Shown: piece after piece, positions 62,737-64,000 of the stretch
Layout of the letters: every line of letters starts with the position of its first letter
Position numbering within the stretch: position 1 is the first letter of the stretch
From: Eledone cirrhosa
Taxonomy: Eukaryota
Length of the DNA: 64,000 bases
Direction: 5' to 3'
Assembly (NCBI GenBank): GCA_964016885.1
Contig: OZ024756.1
Location: forward strand, 1,612,001-1,676,000
The notes under the pieces: model-generated
Databases searched by the model: none
What the model was told of the DNA's origin: nothing
The model's input: only the letters and a program-made list of their open reading frames with translations
Made by a program: the position numbers and the translations under genes

Positions 62737-64000
62737 CTGGTCCTCCGTCTTGCTGTCTTCAGTACATCTATTAAGTGTGCAGTGTCAGTGATCTGGCCCT
62801 CTGTCTTGCTGTCTTCGGTTCATCTATGAAGTGTGCAGTGTCAGTGATCTGGTCCTCTGTCTTGCTGTCTTCAGTTCATCTATGAAGTGTGCAGTGTCAG
62901 TGATCTGGTCCTCTATCTTGCTGTCTTCAGTACATCTATGTAGTGTGCAGTGTCAGTGATCTGGTCCTCTGTCTTGCCGTCTTCAGTTCATCTATGAAGT
63001 GTGTAGTGTTTAGTGATCTGGTCCTCTGTCTTGCTGTCTTCAGTACATCTATGAAGTGTGCAGTGTCAGTGATCAGGTCCTCTGTCTTGCTGTCTTAGGT
63101 TCATCTATGAAGTGTGCAGTGTCAGTGACCTCGTCCTCTGTCTTGCTGTCTTCAGTACATCTATGAAGTGTGCAGTGTCAGTGATCAGCTCCTCTGTCTT
63201 GCTGTCTTCAGTTCATCTATGATGTGTGCAGTGTCAGTGATCTGGTCCTCCGTCTTGCTGTCTTCAGTACATCTATGTAGTGTGCAGTGTCAGTGATCTG
63301 GTCCTCTATCTTGCTGTCTTCAGTTCATCTATGATGTGTGCAGTGTCAGTGATCTGGTCCTCTGTCTTGCTGTCTTCAGTTCATCTATGAAGTGTGCAGT
63401 GTCAGTGATCTGGTCCTCCGTCTTGCTGTCTTCAGTTCATCTATGAAGTGTGCAGTGTCAGTGATCTGGTCCTCTATCTTGCTGTCTTCAGTACATCTAT
63501 GTAGTGTGCAGTGTCAGTGATCTGGTCCTCTGTCTTGCCGTCTTCAGTTCATCTATGAAGTGTGTAGTGTCAGTGATCTGGTCCTCTGTCTCGCTGTCTT
63601 CAGTACATCTATGAAGTGTGCAGTGTCAGTGATCTGGTCCTCTGTCTTGCTGTCTTCAGTTCATCTATGAAGTGTGCAGTGTCAGTGATCTGGTCCTCTA
63701 TCTTGCTGTCTTCAGTACATCTATGTAGTGTGCAGTGTCAGTGATCTGGTCCTCTGTCTTGCCGTCTTCAGTTCATCTATGAAGTGTGTAGTGTCAGTGA
63801 TCTGGTCCTCTGTCTTGCTGTCTTCAGTACATCTATGAAGTGTGCAGTGTCAGTGATCAGGTCCTCTGTCTTGCTGTCTTAGGTTCATCTATGAAGTGTG
63901 CAGTGTCAGTGATCTCGTCCTCTGTCTTGCTGTCTTCAGTACATCTATGAAGTGTGCAGTGTCAGTGATCTCGTCCTCTGTCTTGCTGTCTTCAGTACAT

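Larger units (their letters stand above)
1..64000. repeat. 56-bp tandem satellite/minisatellite array, about 1,143 copies, single orientation, continuing past both window edges
   Basis: Monomer GTGTCAGTGATCTGGTCCTCTGTCTTGCTGTCTTCAGTWCATCTATGAAGTGTGCA restarts at 1, 57, 113 and so on. The last monomer starts at 63959 = 1+1142x56+6. The +6 shift equals the observed indels (one -2 near 8447, eight +1 GTGTTTAG). Most copies differ from consensus by 0-3 substitutions. Confidence 0.99.

Noticed and set aside
1-64000. Giant repetitive-protein CDS
   Set aside because: The 56-bp period is not a multiple of 3. The + strand has TGA at monomer positions 8 and 46, and the - strand has TAG and at least two TGA per monomer, so all six frames stop within three monomers.
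1-64000. CRISPR array
   Set aside because: There are no unique spacers; the whole unit repeats contiguously, and there are no cas genes or leader.
1-64000. Rolling-circle or concatemer sequencing artefact of a single 56-mer
   Set aside because: Variants are shared in ordered, hierarchical blocks over tens of kb, which indicates descent by duplication and not random read error. Individual long duplications still need read-level validation.
1-64000. Assignment to a named satellite family, centromere, telomere or species
   Set aside because: I do not recognise the monomer, and I see no CENP-B box, telomeric motif or flanking unique sequence. A Dfam/Repbase/BLAST search and chromatin data are needed.
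1-64000. Inversions or inserted mobile elements within the array
   Set aside because: I saw no reverse-complement monomers or foreign sequence, and the register is fully explained by one -2 and eight +1 indels.

Overview
The entire 64-kb window is one uninterrupted head-to-tail tandem array of a 56-bp monomer, consensus GTGTCAGTGATCTGGTCCTCTGTCTTGCTGTCTTCAGT[A/T]CATCTATGAAGTGTGCA. It holds 1,142 complete copies plus a 42-bp partial copy and runs off both ends. The consensus is 46% GC, has no CpG and is strongly T>A skewed on the + strand. I found no ORF, RNA gene, transposon, CRISPR spacer, inversion or unique sequence. It looks like eukaryotic satellite or large minisatellite DNA, but I cannot name the family or organism. 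The information is in the variant pattern: an A/T dimorphism at monomer position 39, two regional variant subfamilies, and nested duplications of about 7 to 139 monomers inside a super-unit of 20.8 kb or more. Only two kinds of indel were seen. Within the monomer there is an 18-bp quasi-palindrome that several variants independently perfect, a splice-acceptor-like tract and an MRE core. Any function for these is hypothesis, and the sequence alone does not demonstrate a new biological system. Duplication boundaries were read by eye from marker variants and are approximate to about one or two monomers.
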